Shown: positions 40,554 through 57,160 of the stretch, one piece after another | Layout: each line of letters begins with the position of its first letter | Numbering within the stretch: position 1 is the first letter of the stretch | NCBI GenBank assembly: GCA_964016885.1 | Contig: OZ024754.1 | Location: 1,302,001 to 1,366,000, forward strand | Source of the DNA: Eledone cirrhosa | Taxonomy: Eukaryota | Direction of reading: 5' to 3' | DNA length: 64,000 nucleotides | Position numbers and translations under genes: made by a program | Notes under the pieces: model-generated | Seen by the model: the letters and a program-made list of their open reading frames with translations, nothing else | Told to the model about the DNA's origin: nothing | The model's database searches: none

Positions 40554-40627
40554 ATCGTTGTCATCGTTGTCATCGTTGTCATCGTTGTTATTGTTGTCAT
40601 CATTGTTATTGTTGTCATCGTTGTCAT

Positions 40628-40661
<34 letters not shown>

Positions 40662-40978
40662 ATCGTTGTCATCGTTGTCATCGTTGTTATTGTTGTCATC
40701 ATTGTCATTGTTGTCATCGTCGTCATCGTTGTCATCGTTGTCATCGTCGTCATCGTCATTATCGTTGTCATCGTCGTCATCGTTGTCATCGTTGTCATCG
40801 TCGTCATCGTTGTTATTGTTGTCATCGTTGTCATCGTTGTCATCGTTGTCATCGTTGTCATCGTCGTCATCGTTGTCATCGTCGTCATCGTTGTTATTGT
40901 TGTCATCGTCGTCATCGTTGTCATCGTTGTCATCGTCGTCATCGTTGTTATTGTTGTCATCGTCGTCATCGTTGTCAT

Positions 40979-41021
<43 letters not shown>

Positions 41022-41158
41022 ATCGTTGTCATCGTCGTCATCGTCGTCATCGTCGTCATCGTTGTCATCGTTGTTATTGTTGTCATCGTTGTTATTGTTG
41101 TCATCGTTGTCATCGTCGTCATCGTCGTCATCGTTGTCATCGTCGTCATCGTTGTCAT

Positions 41159-41201
<43 letters not shown>

Positions 41202-41212
41202 ATCGTTGTCAT

Positions 41213-41255
<43 letters not shown>

Positions 41256-41491
41256 ATCGTTGTCATCGTCGTCATCGTCGTCATCGTTGTCATCGTCGTC
41301 ATCGTTGTCATCGTTGTTATTGTCATCGTCGTCATCGTTGTCATCGTTGTCATCGTCGTCATCGTTGTCATCGTTGTTATTGTCATCGTCGTCATCGTTG
41401 TCATCGTTGTCATCGTCGTCATCGTTGTCATCGTTGTTATTGTCATCGTCGTCATCGTTGTCATTGTTGTCATCGTCGTCATCGTTGTCAT

Positions 41492-41525
<34 letters not shown>

Positions 41526-41842
41526 ATCGTTGTCATCGTTGTCATCGTTGTTATTGTTGTCATCATTGTCATTGTTGTCATCGTCGTCATCGTTGTCATC
41601 GTTGTCATCGTCGTCATCGTCATTATCGTTGTCATCGTCGTCATCGTTGTCATCGTTGTCATCGTCGTCATCGTTGTTATTGTTGTCATCGTTGTCATCG
41701 TTGTCATCGTTGTCATCGTTGTCATCGTCGTCATCGTTGTCATCGTCGTCATCGTTGTTATTGTTGTCATCGTCGTCATCGTTGTCATCGTTGTCATCGT
41801 CGTCATCGTTGTTATTGTTGTCATCGTCGTCATCGTTGTCAT

Positions 41843-41885
<43 letters not shown>

Positions 41886-42022
41886 ATCGTTGTCATCGTC
41901 GTCATCGTCGTCATCGTCGTCATCGTTGTCATCGTTGTTATTGTTGTCATCGTTGTTATTGTTGTCATCGTTGTCATCGTCGTCATCGTCGTCATCGTTG
42001 TCATCGTCGTCATCGTTGTCAT

Positions 42023-42065
<43 letters not shown>

Positions 42066-42076
42066 ATCGTTGTCAT

Positions 42077-42119
<43 letters not shown>

Positions 42120-42580
42120 ATCGTTGTCATCGTCGTCATCGTCGTCATCGTTGTCATCGTCGTCATCGTTGTCATCGTTGTTATTGTCATCGTCGTCATC
42201 GTTGTCATCGTTGTCATCGTCGTCATCGTTGTCATCGTTGTTATTGTCATCGTCGTCATCGTTGTCATCGTTGTCATCGTCGTCATCGTTGTCATCGTTG
42301 TTATTGTCATCGTCGTCATCGTTGTCATCGTTGTCATCGTCGTCATCGTTGTCATCGTCATCATCGTTGTCATCGTCGTCATCGTTGTCATCGTTGTCAT
42401 CGTCGTCATCGTTGTCATCGTCGTCATCGTCGTCATCGTCGTCATCGTTGTCATCGTCGTCATCGTCGTCATCGTTGTCATCGTCGTCATCGTCGTCATC
42501 GTTGTCATCGTTGTCATCGTTGTCATCGTTGTCATCGTTGTCATCGTTGTCATCGTTGTCATCGTTGTCATCGTTGTCAT

Positions 42581-42650
<70 letters not shown>

Positions 42651-42719
42651 ATCGTTGTCATCGTTGTTATTGTTGTCATCGTTGTTATTGTTGTCATCGT
42701 TGTCATCGTTGTCATCGTT
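38925..42719. repeat. 9 bp satellite (TCATCGTYG)n, ~3.8 kb
   Basis: About 420 units with variants TTATTGTTG, TCATTGTTG and TCATCATTG. Confidence 0.97.
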
Positions 42720-43105
42720 ATCTATTTCTGTTGTTATAGCATTAGTCTCTCTCCAGTCCCCAATTATTATGAAGACGATGATCATCATATCACACCACCA
42801 CCATCATCATCATCATCATCATTACCATCATCATCACTGTGTCACTATCATTACCATCATCACCACCGCCATCATGATGTCACCACCACCACCACCACCA
42901 TGTCTATACAACAGTGCGTCTGTTTGTGTATCATTGACACGTTTTGCGGGTTCTTCATTAAGTGAGCCAAGTTGAATAGTAACAGGAATATCATGTGGGT
43001 CGAGTTGACACCTCGGGTTGTCTTCTTCCCCCACCCCTCTCTCTTAAATGTACACATTTATACCCCTCTCTTACATGTACACACCTATACATCTCTCTCC
43101 CCCTC

Positions 43106-43148
<43 letters not shown>

Positions 43149-43205
43149 GTCTGTCTATCTGTCTGTCTGTCTGTATGTATGTATGTATGTATGTATGTAT
43201 GTATG

Positions 43206-43242
<37 letters not shown>

Positions 43243-43243
<1 letters not shown>

Positions 43244-43648
43244 GAGGTATCCACTGTAAGTTGTGGTGTCTAGTCTGTATGAAGAACTCAATGTAATCCA
43301 TATGTTGAAAATGTTGTAGGTTAAGATAAATCTCAGAAAACAATAAAACATTAAAAGGAAAACAGAGTCATGATATAAGTTAAAACAATGAAATAAAAAA
43401 TCAAGTCATTAGAGATATACTTCACTGCTTTACGATCGTTTCTAGATGGTGATAATACATTGTATCTATACTCAGTTATTGATCTATGCATGTAAGTAAA
43501 TATCCTCTTTATCTGATAGTTTGTAAACTTACATAGATCAATAAATGAGTATAGATACAATGTATTATCACCATCTAGAAACGATCGTAAAGCAGTGAAG
43601 TATATCTCTAATGACTTGATTTTTTTTATTTCATTGTTTTAACTTATA
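43243..43648 (-). mobile_element. Family D fold-back element (~120 bp arms plus ~130 bp tail)
   Basis: Arms ~43373-43497 and ~43527-43650. Contains GAAACGATCGTA-aagcagtg, an HHR 3' half, at 43578-43597. A fragment of the same family lies at 16912-16962. Confidence 0.75.
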
Positions 43649-43694
43649 TATATATATGTGTGTGTGTGTGTTGATAGATATTTTGAAATAGAAC

Positions 43695-43730
<36 letters not shown>

Positions 43731-44082
43731 GGTGAAAACTGAAATTGTTTGCTTAAACCTTTAATAAAATAAAACTAAGCAGAGTATTGAGGATGGAAGG
43801 AGAAAAGCTAAGAACCCTGTGTTGAGTGATACACTATTGGTGTATTGTCGATAGAAAACTGGAAATGGAAGCTGTATGATTAGACGGAAAACGAAACACT
43901 GACTACACACATACCTGCACGAGCACACACCCACACATACACACATACATAAACATACAGCTACACAGACACGTATATGTACACCTTCATTTACACACAC
44001 AAGGCGTTATTAGCAATGCCAAAGAAAAAAAAATGAAAATGTATAACTAATTATATAAACAAATACATAACATGTTAATTAT

Positions 44083-44610
<528 letters not shown>

Positions 44611-45671
44611 GCGCCTATGCACACACATATTACCAAAAAAGAAAAGAAACTAATTTAGAAAACAAATATAATTCTAAACAAATAAAAAAAACAAACGACA
44701 ACACCATTCCCACTTAAAAAAGAAAGAAAGAAACTATTTAAACGAAAAATAAATAAATACATAAAAAAAACAAAAAAAAAACGAAAAATATAAAAACAAG
44801 ATGGCCGAAATAAATGAGAATTGGCGGCAAAATGTCGTGGAAGTCTGCTCATCTATTGAATAAGAGCGATGCTCCCTTTTCCACGAAACACTACATAGAC
44901 AGAGTAAGATTATAACAATATTCCCTGCAGAGAGGATCGTCCGAGTTAAACTATGTCTCAATATAACAACAGTACATTAATAATATAGATAATAATGACA
45001 GGTTTTCAGAGAGGTTTTTTAATGTCATGTAAAAAAAGGGTCTGCTCTTAGTTCTTTACTCAAAATCAGCCAATCACTGCCTTGTTGATATTTACCTCTC
45101 CTCCCCCAATTTCCGTTTCTTTATTTCGCTTCATTTCCACAATTTAGATGTTTATTTATAGCAAATTTATTTATATATTCATTTTATTTATATATATATA
45201 TTCATTTAGTTATATATTTATTTATATATTAATTTAGTTATATATTTTAGTTATATATTTATTAATTTATTTATTTAGTTAGTTATATATATATTTATTT
45301 ATACATCTATTTATATATTTATTTATTTATATATTTATTTATATATTTATTTATATATATATTTATTTATATATTTATTTATACATTTATTTATATATTT
45401 ATTTATATATCTATTTAGTTATATATTTATTTAGTTATATATATATTTATATATATATTTATATATTTATTTAGTTATATTTTTTTGTTATATATTTATA
45501 AATTTATTTACTTTAATATTATTTATATATTTATTTATATATTTATTATATATTATATATATATTATATATTATATATCTATTTATATACTTAATATATA
45601 TTTGTTATGTATATCATTTTATTCATAGATATGTTTATAAATATATTATTGTATTTATATATATACAGTTT

Positions 45672-45710
<39 letters not shown>

Positions 45711-46829
45711 TTATATGCAGTATATATATTTATTTACTTATATAATACGTGTGAGGGGTGAGCGGAGGTACTAATCCCATTTTTGTTATATTTGTTTTTT
45801 GTTTGTTTTTGTAATGTTTTAACTAGGATTGAAATATTGTATTTTGGTGGCATTAGCAGGTGATGGTCGTGGTAGGGTTGGTATTTGTGATGAGGTGAGA
45901 GTAGTAGTAGTATAGTAGTAGTAGTAGTAGTAGTAATAGTACTACTAATAGTAGTAGCGGTAGTAGTAGTAGTAGTAGCAGCAGTAGTTAGTGGTAGTAG
46001 TAGTAGCTGGTATGATGGTGGTTGTGGTGGTAGCGGAGGGTGTTGGCAAGGGTTAATCTGGGTGAATGGTGGCTCTGGGAATTGGGTGTGGTAGCGTTGG
46101 GTGACGGTGGTGGAGGTTGGCGAATGTTTATTGTTTGATATAGTGGAAAGTAGTGAAGGATATAAATCGGTGAAGAAAACAAATCAAGAGAGAGAAGGAG
46201 GGGAGGGAGGAGGGGAAGAGGAGGAGGGGATTTGGTGGGAGTGGGGGAGGGACAGAAAGAGGAGAACGGAAAGTATAGCAAGACCAATAAACACATGGGC
46301 AACAACAACAACTACAACAGCAACAACAACAACAACAAAAGTTAATGACAACATTACCATCAACAATAACAATAAGAAGAACAATGGAAGGAATAAAACC
46401 GTTGGGGAAATAAAGATTGAGAAGAAATAGAGAGTGTAGGGGGGGGAGGGAGGGTTCAATTAATAATAGAAAGAGAGGTAGGAAGAAAGAAAGAAAGAAA
46501 GATAGGAAAAAAGAGAGGTAGAAAGAAAGAGAAAAAGAGAGAAAGATGACATCTAAACGATACACAAAAATTGACAAGTAGGAAATGAGATGTTGAAAGA
46601 GAAAGTGAAAGAGATCTGTTTTCTTTGTTTTTTATTGTTTTAAAAAAATCCTTCAGAATAATTGAAAGAAACATTGCTTGGAAAGGACAGAGAGAGAGAT
46701 GGAGAGATGAGCGAGAGAGATGAGGACGGATGAGAGAGAGAGAGAGAGGAGGGGGTGAAGATAAACATTAGCAACAGCTGTAGTAGCAGCGATAATAATA
46801 AGAAAGACCACGAAAACAATATTTCGATA

Positions 46830-46900
46830 ATAACCTTTCTTCTTAGCCTCCGCCATTTTCTCGACACGGTCGCTCAATTTTCCTGGAAATAACTGCCACA
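46830..46900 (-). promoter_or_regulatory. Candidate gene 5' end: YY1/Kozak-like AAAATGGCGG at an ATG (46856)
   Basis: gagaaaATGGCGGAGGCTAAGAAGAAAG|gttatt gives MAEAKKK followed by a weak donor; local CpG enrichment. No downstream exon identified. Confidence 0.3.
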
Positions 46901-46992
46901 TATCTTTTTACTACAAGTCAAACTGAAACATTTATATGGCCAGTCGACCTGCTAGCAATAGCAGTCAAACCTCCTTAAATTATAGCTAGGTT

Positions 46993-47099
46993 ATAATTGT
47001 TTCTACTTTTGGTACAAGGCCAACAATTATCCCAGTACATTACTGGTACTTTATTTTATCGACCCCGTAAGGATGAAAGGCAAAGTTAACCTCGACGGA
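46993..47099 (-). mobile_element. SINE family 1, 3' half
   Basis: Tail and core match the 27134 copy. Confidence 0.8.
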
Positions 47100-47787
47100 G
47101 GGTTATATAACAGAAAAGAAACATTGTATAATGTAATACTAGTTAGATTCTGACAGGAAGAAGTGATAGCATTATCCTAGATCAGTTCATCCATGGATAT
47201 ATATACGTATACAATCTTCATTCTGGTTTCAGTATTTTTTACTTAATCATCATTTCGTATACAACATTTACTGTTGCTGTATGTTTAGTTGTTCATCAGT
47301 TTCATTGACAGCAATTTGCATCTGGAAAGAAACGACAAAGGACAAATCTTAAGTCTCTCGGATTAGAGTTGACCGAACGTTAAACAATAACACAAACAAT
47401 TTATCTCAAAGATCCACTGTTTTCCAACTCCCTTCTATATTAAAGTTATTAAAAAGAGTAACATTCAAACACAAGTCAAGACAAACAACATGATGTTACA
47501 GTTCGGGATGAAGTTTCACTGTAGTTCAAAACAAACATATTAGTCCATGGGATGAGTTTTAATATATTATAAAATTTAATACTTCAACGAATTCATAGCA
47601 CAGAGAAACGCGCGTCCTTGACTTTCTTCGAGTTATGTCTTCGTTGTATTGAATTAGATATATATATACTGATGTATGTTTTTATATTTTCAATGTGTGT
47701 GTGTATATATAGTTGTATGATATATGGTTATATGGAAGTATATACAATCTCTCTCTCACTCTCTCTCTCTATATATATATATACACA

Positions 47788-47878
47788 CAGGGTGTCCCAA
47801 AAATGTATACACACTTTGATTACCTGTACAGGCAATATTTATTAGAATGGTGTATATATTTCTTTGGAACACCCTGTA
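47788..47878. mobile_element. Tc1/mariner-type MITE
   Basis: cagggtgtcccaaaaatgtatac ... tttggaacaccctgta; shares internal tgtacaggcaatatttattagaat with the 3048 copy. Confidence 0.8.
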
Positions 47879-47890
47879 TATATTTACACG

Positions 47891-47960
<70 letters not shown>

Positions 47961-48890
47961 TCCCATCCATCTATTCTTTCATCTATCTGTCTATCTATTC
48001 GTCCAACCCACCCAACCTCCCGTCTATCTTTCCGCTCCAACCTCTTCAGATGGAGACACAGTTTCATATAGATAACACCAAAATCTCGTTCGTTGATCCA
48101 CTCACGGCAAATCTTCAGCCGACATTATCGTCTGCTTATTGTCTGCCATTTCCTGCTCGTCGGCCATTTTCTGTATTTATCCTTAAAGCTTCACAAACTA
48201 TTACCACGTTCTATAGTTACGTATGAAGAAGAGTTTTCACTTGGCTTTTGTTTTCTTCCATTTTTTTATTATTATTTTTTAATCATTATATATATATATA
48301 TATTTATATATTTATATATTCTTTTCTATATTACTTTATTTTGTCATTCTTTTTTTGAGGGGTGGGGATGGGTGAGGTGGGGGACTATTTTCTTTTCTTT
48401 TCTTTCGTTAGGTTTTTTATTATTATTATTATTTTTCTCATTATAAATATCCATTACATTATGTTGTTGTTACTTTTCCTCTACCGTGTGTGTGTGTGTG
48501 TGTGTGTGTGGGGGGGGGGGTATTATCCTCCTCTCCACCTCCGACTATTTCCTATTGAGTCTTTCTTTTCTCTTTCGCACACTTTTTCCTTCCATTTCAT
48601 CCACTCTCGTTCTCTTAATCTTTCCTATATTCTTTTATTTTTCTTCTCTTTCCGTCGGTCTTAATTTCTTTCTTACCCTCTATGTTGTGTTACTCTTTCT
48701 TTCTTTTTCTTTCGTTCTTTATTTCTTTCTTTCTTTCGTTCTTTCGTTCTTTCTTACTTTTCTTCTTTCTTTCCATATTTTTGTCGGAATATATTCAACA
48801 CTCCGTTAACCTCCTCCATTCCCTCCTCTCCCCCTCTAACCCACTCCCCATCTCCCCCTCACCTTTCTCTACCCCCCTCTCTCTCTTCCC

Positions 48891-48958
<68 letters not shown>

Positions 48959-49326
48959 TTATGATTCTACATCCCATATTCAATCTATACACCTTACTCA
49001 TCACTCTATCCGTCTCTCTCTCATTCGCATGTGCTCTGCACCCTCCCCATTTCTCTCATACACGCGTGCTTACTCACTTTCTCATGGGCGAGTGTGTTGT
49101 ATCTCTCACCCTGTCCTTCCCCCTCTCTTCCTCCCTCACACTCTCCCTCCGTCCCTCCCTGTCCTTCCCTCCCCCTCTCTCCCTCCCCCCCCCCCCCCTC
49201 CCCTCCCTCCTCTCTCCCTCCCACTCTCTCTATCATATTACAGAGAGAAAGCTGGAAACGAATTTTAATTCATGTTAATCAGGGAATTGTCCACATATGA
49301 TTGACGAGGTGTTGGAAGATAGCAAT

Positions 49327-52075
<2,749 letters not shown>

Positions 52076-52387
52076 TTAATTCAAAATATTAACAAATATA
52101 GACATTCGTGTGATCAAGTATATTTTATTATACTTATTTCAGATGTACTGAGCTATTTACAACAGTACGTCCTCATCAGATAAAATAAGATGATTCTTGA
52201 CATACCTTGACTATGTTGATGGTTAAAATTCAGTCATGGCAGTAAATTAGTTATGACAAAACTCAATATTTATATACCTTAAGATTGAGACATGAAATAA
52301 TTCCATATAATACAGAGGGTGCGTGTGAGAAAGCTTATAAAGATACATAATAATAAATAACTACTAATATAATATAAACCTACAAAA

Positions 52388-52497
52388 CTGTTAGAAATTT
52401 AAATAATTTAAATAAAGTAATATAATGATAACACATTATTGTAGAATAATGTGTTATCCATATATTACTTTATTTAAATTATTTAAATATCTAACAG
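52388..52497. repeat. AT-rich ~53 bp inverted repeat with 4-nt loop
   Basis: ctgttagaaatttaaataattt...acacattatt gtag aataatgtgt...aaatatctaacag. Confidence 0.8.
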
Positions 52498-53002
52498 AGA
52501 ACATCATATTTTAGCCTGACCCCTCCCTCCTACAATGCGACTATAAATAACGATCAGATCAAGTTGTGTCCCTATAATTGTCACAGTTCTGAAGTCTTAA
52601 CTTTTTCTTTAATTGTTTAACAAACATTTTCCCTGGAAAATGTGTCGTGTTTAAGATATGATAGCTGCAAACTCTGCTAAAGAGTATTGCAATCGCTTGT
52701 CAGATTACAGAAAATGGTGCACTTCTAGGCTAAGGCCAACCACACGAACCTGTAACATAACCTGAACAAGCAATGCCTGTGCTTTGAAGGTTTTTGTAAG
52801 TGGGGAAAGGCCTTGCACTCGACCAAACCCACTCTCTGAGCATCGAAAACACTACCCGAAAAGAAGAACTGGTCAACATCATCGGATGTTTCCGAAGCCG
52901 CAGGTCTTTCTTTTTTTTTTCAGAGTTTCCCTCTCCTAGAAAGGTGTGGTGACAACAACAGGGGGTCTTTCACTCCCAGGTGGGGGAAAATATATATATA
53001 TA

Positions 53003-53121
53003 TAACTGTCTCTATTTTTGGCATAAGACCAGCAATTATCTCAGTGTATTATTAGTACTTTATTTTATCGACCCCGTAAGGATGAAAGGCAAAGTAAACC
53101 TCGGCGGGATTTGATCTCAGA
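53003..53121 (-). mobile_element. SINE family 1, 3' half
   Basis: Tail, core and B-box present; abuts a family A element. Confidence 0.8.
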
Positions 53122-53125
53122 TCAT

Positions 53126-53296
53126 AAGGAAGTGTGGTAAGGAACCAAATGGACCATAACGCACCAGACTACTCGATACTTTGGGGAGTAGAGTGGGTAA
53201 TAAGGAAAGAGTCAGTACCCCGCCAGCTATTTCTGGACTGTACAGAAATAGCTGTCGAAACGGCTTGAGCTCTGCCGTCGGGGTTCTGACTATTTT

Positions 53297-53300
<4 letters not shown>
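53126..53300 (-). mobile_element. Family A fold-back mini-element with internal deletion
   Basis: Same tail sequence; hairpin cagctatttctg/cagaaatagctg; ends at ttccta(TA)n. Confidence 0.7.
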
Positions 53301-53354
<54 letters not shown>

Positions 53355-53573
53355 GAGAGAGAGAGAGAGAAGTGGAAGCTTAGTAAAATCGAAGCTTTGG
53401 TTGCGACCAAGCAAAATCGACCTACAAGTAGGAATGAGTAGCAAAGCACTCAATAAGGGTACGAGGTCCTTAGAGTAATAACATTACGTTTAGATAGCTT
53501 GACAAATTGAAAATTGCGGCAGGCAAAACCCACCCATACAATACCAAAACAACGAAAAAGCTAATCAGGTTAG

Positions 53574-53622
<49 letters not shown>

Positions 53623-53914
53623 TACATCAAATACCTGTGTGACTTCTGTCTTCCGTCTTTTGTAAATACAATCTCTTAGGCAATGGTTTATTCCGTAAAT
53701 AGCTGATTTCTCAGAAGTGATAGGTTTGTCACTAGGTTATGGTACTTGAGACATCTCCAGAACATTCTGGGTGTCACCTCTCTCGCTCTCTGATCGATCA
53801 ACAACATACCAGACTTCATTCGCTGGTTGACCTCGTCAAATCGGACCAAGGAAACAATGTTTCCATTGGTGGTGGTGGTGTTCAGGAAGGTGGGAAAGTA
53901 TACGGATAGAAATC

Positions 53915-53958
<44 letters not shown>

Positions 53959-54062
53959 CGACGGTCTGAAGAGAAAAATACAAGAGAGAAACATTTAGGA
54001 GAGTAGGAAGAACGACAGAGAGAGAGAAACTGACCTGTTGGAGAGGAGGAGACATAGAATTT

Positions 54063-54180
54063 GAGGCATGTGGCTGAGTGGTTAGAGAATTGGATTCACA
54101 ATCGTGAGGTTGTCAGTTCGATTCCTGGACCAGGCTATGTGTTATGTCCTTGAGCAAGACACTTTATTTCATGTTGCTCC
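54063..54180 (+). mobile_element. tRNA-derived SINE family 2, 5' part
   Basis: A box tggctgagtgg, B box gttcgattcc, then tgtccttgagcaagacacttt (CORE/V-SINE-like). Confidence 0.8.
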
Positions 54181-54384
54181 TTCTACCTGGAGTTGCGACC
54201 GATAGATAGTATTAGCAATTGGAAAGACCAACGGAAACATTGTTTCCTCGGGCCGATTTACCGAAAGTCGATCAACTGTCGATCTATATATATATACATA
54301 TATATATGTATACACACACACACACAGATATTCTTTCTTTTTCCCTCTTCTTGTTGTCTTTCACTTACTCTCTTCCCGTCACTT

Positions 54385-54490
54385 TTTTATGTCACTTCCG
54401 CCTGCAACCACTTCCGCTTGTCCTATCTACGGTAGCTTCGATTTTGTGCCGAGCAGACATATCCCATCTCTCTGCTTCCGCGTCCATATT
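54385..54490. promoter_or_regulatory. Candidate ETS/GABP-site cluster
   Basis: CACTTCCG at 54393 and 54409, CTTCCG at 54475. Confidence 0.3.
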
Positions 54491-54554
54491 TTTCGTAGTA
54501 AAAAGCTTAACATATATTCAAAATTCACAATTTGCTCAACGCTTCGTAAAACTA

Positions 54555-54596
<42 letters not shown>

Positions 54597-54598
<2 letters not shown>

Positions 54599-54726
54599 GT
54601 AGAACACTGGAGGGTTATATCCGCAGTAGTAGAGCACTCAGTCCATAGGACGAGTTAGGTAGAAGTAGTTCCACAACAGTTCACCATTACCGAGAACAAA
54701 TGTTTCACCTTATGCGGATCCTCAGC
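54597..54726 (-). mobile_element. Family G copy with HHR core (5' strand of helix I lost)
   Basis: Minus strand: CTGAGGA tccgcataaggt GAAACatttGT T ctcgg; collinear with 7189-7321. Confidence 0.7.
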
Positions 54727-54798
54727 ACACACATTTATATATTTACACACATACACACGAAACCCCAACCATATATGTATATATATATATATACACAC

Positions 54799-54849
<51 letters not shown>

Positions 54850-54889
54850 CACACCTTTATATTTATTGTTTTATTAATATCGAGAGAGA

Positions 54890-55591
54890 ATTATAGTAAT
54901 GTAATAAAATATTCGTAGGAATTTTTACTAGAAAGCAATCTCGATTATAAGATGGTCAATTATTTAATAACTGTAAAGAAATTATTTGCTATGAAAAAAA
55001 TATAGTGAATTGATTTGCTTTTATTATATAAATGATTACAAATTGATGGACCAATTTCTATCATATTCTACTCCTGATGTTGTTATTGCTACCAAGACGA
55101 TATATTTTTTTCTATTTATTTTCTCCTATTTTCGTTACAATGTTCTGATCCTCCAAATAATGATATATTACTGAGGCTCAAACCAAAAGAAATAGGAGAA
55201 ATATAGGTGATATTTCCTTATATTTATATTGACCTTATTACACTATTAAATTGCTTGCCACTTATTTAGTAACATTCGAGAAAACTAATGGTGTTTCGTG
55301 TCAGCTTTGTGTAGTATAAATAGTTAAGACTGGAATAAATGTTGTACCTTAAACAAAAAAAGGTTTTCCTCTAGGAACTTTAAACTTCCTTTTTCTTTTT
55401 CCACGCCTCGCCGTATATATTTTACTCCAATGTCTGGGTTTTTTATTTTATCTCTCTAAAGTTACATCTGAGATGAACGGGATTTGAACTCTAAACGTTC
55501 AGCAGGCAAGCTAAATACTGGTAAAGCTTACTATTGCAATATAAAACTGGTCTAGGCTCGTTAGTTCTACATTTCATTTTGCACACACCTA

Positions 55592-55635
<44 letters not shown>

Positions 55636-56200
55636 AAAATATATAACATGAACTATCAAAGCGTTTAAGATTGACTGAGTAGTTGATTTAATCGACCGCC
55701 CGGTTTACCACCAATAACTGCAATATCACCACCACCACCACCACCACCACCACCAGGCTGATGGGTATCTTTAAGTTAGTCCACATCGATGCAAATATTC
55801 TTATTTGACTACTCAATAAAAAACGAAATACACACACACACACACGCACGCGCACGCACACGCACACGCACACGCACACACATTCAATGGTAATAATACC
55901 GAAATAGATAGATAGAGTTATAGAATCTAATAAAATATAGTTAGGAATTCACAGAACCACAGAACGAAGCAGTGAATCTATATAGTTATGAGTCGGGAAA
56001 TTATTTCATAAGGGGAAATAAATTTATTTAGCATGAAAAATATCTGCAATTTCTCTGTTTTTATTATAGAAATGATTACTAACTGATAGAGAGATTCTTA
56101 TTGTAATTTATTCGTGATGATGTTATTAACACCAAGACGGATTTGTTTCTGTATATTTTCTCTTATTTCCGATATATTTTCTAATTCTAATATTTTACGG
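54890..56200. repeat. Old diverged direct duplication (~54890-55180 vs ~55915-56200)
   Basis: Collinear anchors atgaaaaa, ttttattata.aaatgattac, tgatg.tgttatt and accaagacg. Confidence 0.5.
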
Positions 56201-56309
56201 TGGCACAAAACAACAGCTTTTGCATAGCAGGGGTCATATACAACTTATTGATAAACGCACATTATACTATCATATTACTTTCATGATAACAACGCCATCT
56301 CCTTTATCG

Positions 56310-56603
56310 TTAAAGCATTTTTTCACACTCAGAGTTGCTGAAGCATGGAACAAACTACCTGCATCAGTTGTTAGTTGTCGGGACACTATATTCTTCAATA
56401 CTTCCATCCTTCTCAAAATTCACCAACACTACACCTCATATTCCCCCTCCATACATACATGTGCATGTATCTGTGTGTATATCATGACTCATACACTGTT
56501 AACATTCCTGACATTTTGTACATTATTCTATGTACTATATATATATGCACATTTGATGAATTGTAGTGCACCTGAGCACTGTACACAATAATTTTCATTA
56601 TTA
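56310..56603 (+). mobile_element. CR1/L2-clade LINE 3' end fragment
   Basis: KHFFTLRVAEAWNKLPASVVSC matches the FFxxRVxxxWNxLPxxVV C-terminus of CR1-group ORF2. Followed by a 3' UTR ending in a short ATT tail. Confidence 0.75.
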
Positions 56604-56824
56604 AACTAGAAATGAGAAACCATCAGCGAGATGAGGAAGCTTGCTAAAGCTAAATAAACGGGAACCTTAACATCATCATCATCATCATCATCATACTAAA
56701 ACAGTAGAATCTGAGGAAATTAGTGTTGAGCTTAGTTAAATCTGAGGCATTTATTTAGATTAGTATTTGTGTGTGACCAATTGAAAAATATTGTGAAAGG
56801 TTGAAATAGATATAAACATTCTTT

Positions 56825-56886
<62 letters not shown>

Positions 56887-56890
<4 letters not shown>

Positions 56891-57055
56891 AACGAGTAGG
56901 ACCCCGACGGCTGAGCTCAAGCCGTTTCGACGGCTAATTTTGAGCTTGAGCTCAGCCGTCGGGGTCCTACTCGTTCCTATTACTCACTCTACTACCCTAA
57001 GTATTGAGTACTTTGGTGCGTTATGGTCCACCTGGTTCCTTACACATTTCCTTCG

Positions 57056-57058
<3 letters not shown>
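56887..57058 (+). mobile_element. Family A fold-back mini-element in (TA)n
   Basis: 36 bp perfect inverted arms (taggaacgagtaggaccccgacggctgagctcaagc) plus tail. Confidence 0.8.
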
Positions 57059-57113
<55 letters not shown>

Positions 57114-57129
57114 GTACATATACACGTGA

Positions 57130-57160
<31 letters not shown>

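Noticed and set aside
38864-42975. ORFs of 1200-1350 aa (poly-D/N, MTT, HRC, VVI, S/L)
   Set aside because: Open in five frames purely because of the 9-mer repeat; no unique domain or splice evidence.
54063-54135. tRNA gene
   Set aside because: A and B boxes continue directly into a SINE core; no convincing acceptor stem.
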